Origin: Micrococcales bacterium 72-143
Lineage (GTDB): Bacteria > Actinomycetota > Actinomycetes > Actinomycetales > Microbacteriaceae
DNA length: 64,000 bases
Reading direction: 5' to 3'
Assembly: GCA_001898835.1 (NCBI GenBank)
Contig: MKVM01000001.1
Coordinates: forward strand, 625,615-689,614
Shown here: positions 62,618 to 64,000 of the stretch, piece after piece
How positions within the stretch are numbered: the stretch's first letter is position 1
Layout: each line of letters starts with the position of its first letter
The notes under the pieces: model-generated
Told to the model about the DNA's origin: nothing
Seen by the model: the letters and a program-made list of their open reading frames with translations, nothing else
Database searches by the model: none
Program-made: the position numbers and the translations under genes

Positions 62618-63339
62618 GCGCCGAGCGTCCCGACGATGACGCCCGCGGGCTCGTCGAGCACCTGCCAGACGCTTCCGGCGCCGAACACCGCGAACCCCTC
62701 GTCGCCCACCACGAGCACCGTCCCCTCGTCGATCGCGACACCCCCGTCGACGAGCCCCGCCTCGGTGGCCGCGACGAGGCGGCTGAGCGTGCCCCACTGG
62801 GCGGCGTGCACGTCGACGGCGAGGTCGACGAGACCGAGCCCCTCGACGACGGTGACCTCGTCGAGGTCCTCCGCCGTCTCCTCCGGGCACACGGCGATGC
62901 CGTTGATGCGCCAGCCGCCCACGATCGCGCGGTCGGCGGCGATCATCGCGCCCGCGGAGAACCCCAGGTACGGAAGGCCGTCGGCGACGAGCAGCCGGAT
63001 CTCCTCCACGATCGGGTCGACCGCGGCGTGGTAGGCGGGCGTGAGCCCACCGCCCACGAGGAGCCCGTCGATGTCGGTCAGTGCGGTCGGGGGGAAGGTC
63101 TCGCCCGCCGCGATCGTCGTCACGACGGGATCGCACGCCGCGACGCGGCGCAGCGATTCGGGGTAGCCGGATCGGTACTCCTCCGACGGAACGCCCTCGT
63201 CGACCACGATGAGCACGCCGATGCGCGGCACCATGCGCCCGCCGCCCGCGGCCCGGGCCGCGGCCTCCGCGAGGAACGCCGAGGTGACGTCGGGGTCGCC
63301 GGCCGGCGACCAGCCGCCGCCCGCGAGGTGCACGCTCAT
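62614..63339 (-). CDS. Peptidase S51 / type 1 glutamine amidotransferase-like protein
   Basis: Internal ATG 63339 (ATGA overlap). [11 protein letters not shown] and [10 protein letters not shown] (GxSAG nucleophile elbow). Confidence 0.65.
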   Translation of the reverse strand: MSVHLAGGGWSPAGDPDVTSAFLAEAAARAAGGGRMVPRIGVLIVVDEGVPSEEYRSGYPESLRRVAACDPVVTTIAAGETFPPTALTDIDGLLVGGGLTPAYHAAVDPIVEEIRLLVADGLPYLGFSAGAMIAADRAIVGGWRINGIAVCPEETAEDLDEVTVVEGLGLVDLAVDVHAAQWGTLSRLVAATEAGLVDGGVAIDEGTVLVVGDEGFAVFGAGSVWQVLDEPAGVIVGTLGA

Positions 63340-63839
63340 GCGGCGCCCTCCGTCGTGTCGGACGGGTACGCGACGGGACCCTCCGAGCTCCACGGGAACA
63401 TGATCCAGCGGTCGGTGCGCCGCCACGTGTAGTGCGGCTCGTGCACCGTGCCCGGCTTCGCGTAGAGGCACACCGTGCGCACCTCGCCGCCGCCCGCCTG
63501 CAGCAGCTGCAGCACGAGGGCGAGGGTGCGCCCCGAGTCGGCGACGTCGTCCGCCAGCAGGATGCGCTTGCCCGAGAGGGACTCGCGGTCGAGCGTGGGG
63601 GGCAGCACGACCGGCTCGTCGAGGCGCGACTCGACGCCCGTGTAGAACTCGACGTTGAGGCTGCCGAGCATCTTGACGTCGAGCGCGTAGCCGAGGGCAC
63701 CCGCGAGCGGCAGACCGCCGCGCGCGATCGCCACGATGGCGTCCGGCCGGAAGCGGTCGGCCGCGATCGTCTCGGCGAGCTCGCGCGACGCCCGCCCGAA
63801 CAGCTCCCAGTCGAGGATCTCGCGCTCCGTATCCGCCAT
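63336..63839 (-). CDS. Phosphoribosyltransferase (purine PRT family)
   Basis: PRPP-binding motif [14 protein letters not shown]. 167 aa. Confidence 0.88.
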   Translation of the reverse strand: MADTEREILDWELFGRASRELAETIAADRFRPDAIVAIARGGLPLAGALGYALDVKMLGSLNVEFYTGVESRLDEPVVLPPTLDRESLSGKRILLADDVADSGRTLALVLQLLQAGGGEVRTVCLYAKPGTVHEPHYTWRRTDRWIMFPWSSEGPVAYPSDTTEGAA

Positions 63840-63880
63840 GCCTCAACGCTACCGAGCCCCGACTGCCCTAGCATCCGTTC

Positions 63881-64000
63881 ATGGCGACCCGAGCCCGCAG
63901 CACGTCCGCGATCACCTTCTCCCTCGTCGGCTTCCTGTTCCTCGTGGAGCTGACGAGCGGCATCCTGCAGGGGTTCTACGTGCCCCTCATCCCCGACCTC
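63881..64000 (+). CDS. Membrane protein N-terminus (possibly an MFS transporter), truncated by the window edge
   Basis: [40 protein letters not shown]. Only 40 codons are visible. Confidence 0.4.
   Translation, partial: MATRARSTSAITFSLVGFLFLVELTSGILQGFYVPLIPDL

Overview
High-GC (~70%) actinobacterial chromosome segment. Gene order and protein sequences look Micrococcales/Microbacteriaceae-like, which is an inference. All domain and family names come from reading the translations and from memory; no searches were run.

(1) 1-12.0 kb, minus strand: an accessory Rhs polymorphic-toxin locus. It holds a membrane-anchored LamG-type protein, then (ATGA overlap) a 2168-aa Sec-signal Rhs/YD-repeat protein with a 247-aa C-terminal cargo I cannot assign. 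Next (ATGA overlap) comes a two-domain lipoprotein, the immunity candidate. Two decayed orphan toxin-tail/immunity cassettes follow, and the last runs off the left edge. The cargo/immunity part is compositionally distinct: about 48-58% GC in hand-counted lines against ~70% elsewhere. This is the most interesting system in the window.

(2) 12.1-13.8 kb: tspO, a short gene remnant and a low-GC orphan membrane gene.

(3) 13.8-39.6 kb: a core block with aldo/keto reductase, ogt-tag, yaaA, a P-loop kinase and the full atpIBEFHAGDC operon. It continues with wecA, tsaC/sua5, prmC, prfA, rho (Q/N/G-rich insertion containing a perfect 33-nt tandem repeat), thrB, thrC, hom, lysA and argS. This is the classic actinobacterial order, but without rpmE.

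(4) 39.6-64 kb: lipoprotein, transglutaminase-like protein, tRNA-Arg(CCG), glycerate kinase, an ECF-type sigma/anti-sigma pair and an arginase-family protein. A 396-nt repeat-rich intergenic region follows, then a flavoprotein disulfide reductase plus an HExxH protein. Next is a GH3 beta-glucosidase/oligopeptide-type ABC operon with a divergent TetR, then amidase, a GntR-ABC module, GNAT, an ABC-2 exporter and ung. The block ends with an S51-like protein and a phosphoribosyltransferase.

No CRISPR, rRNA, transposase or integrase was seen. Many long ORFs in the track are antisense or alternate-frame artefacts of high GC content.
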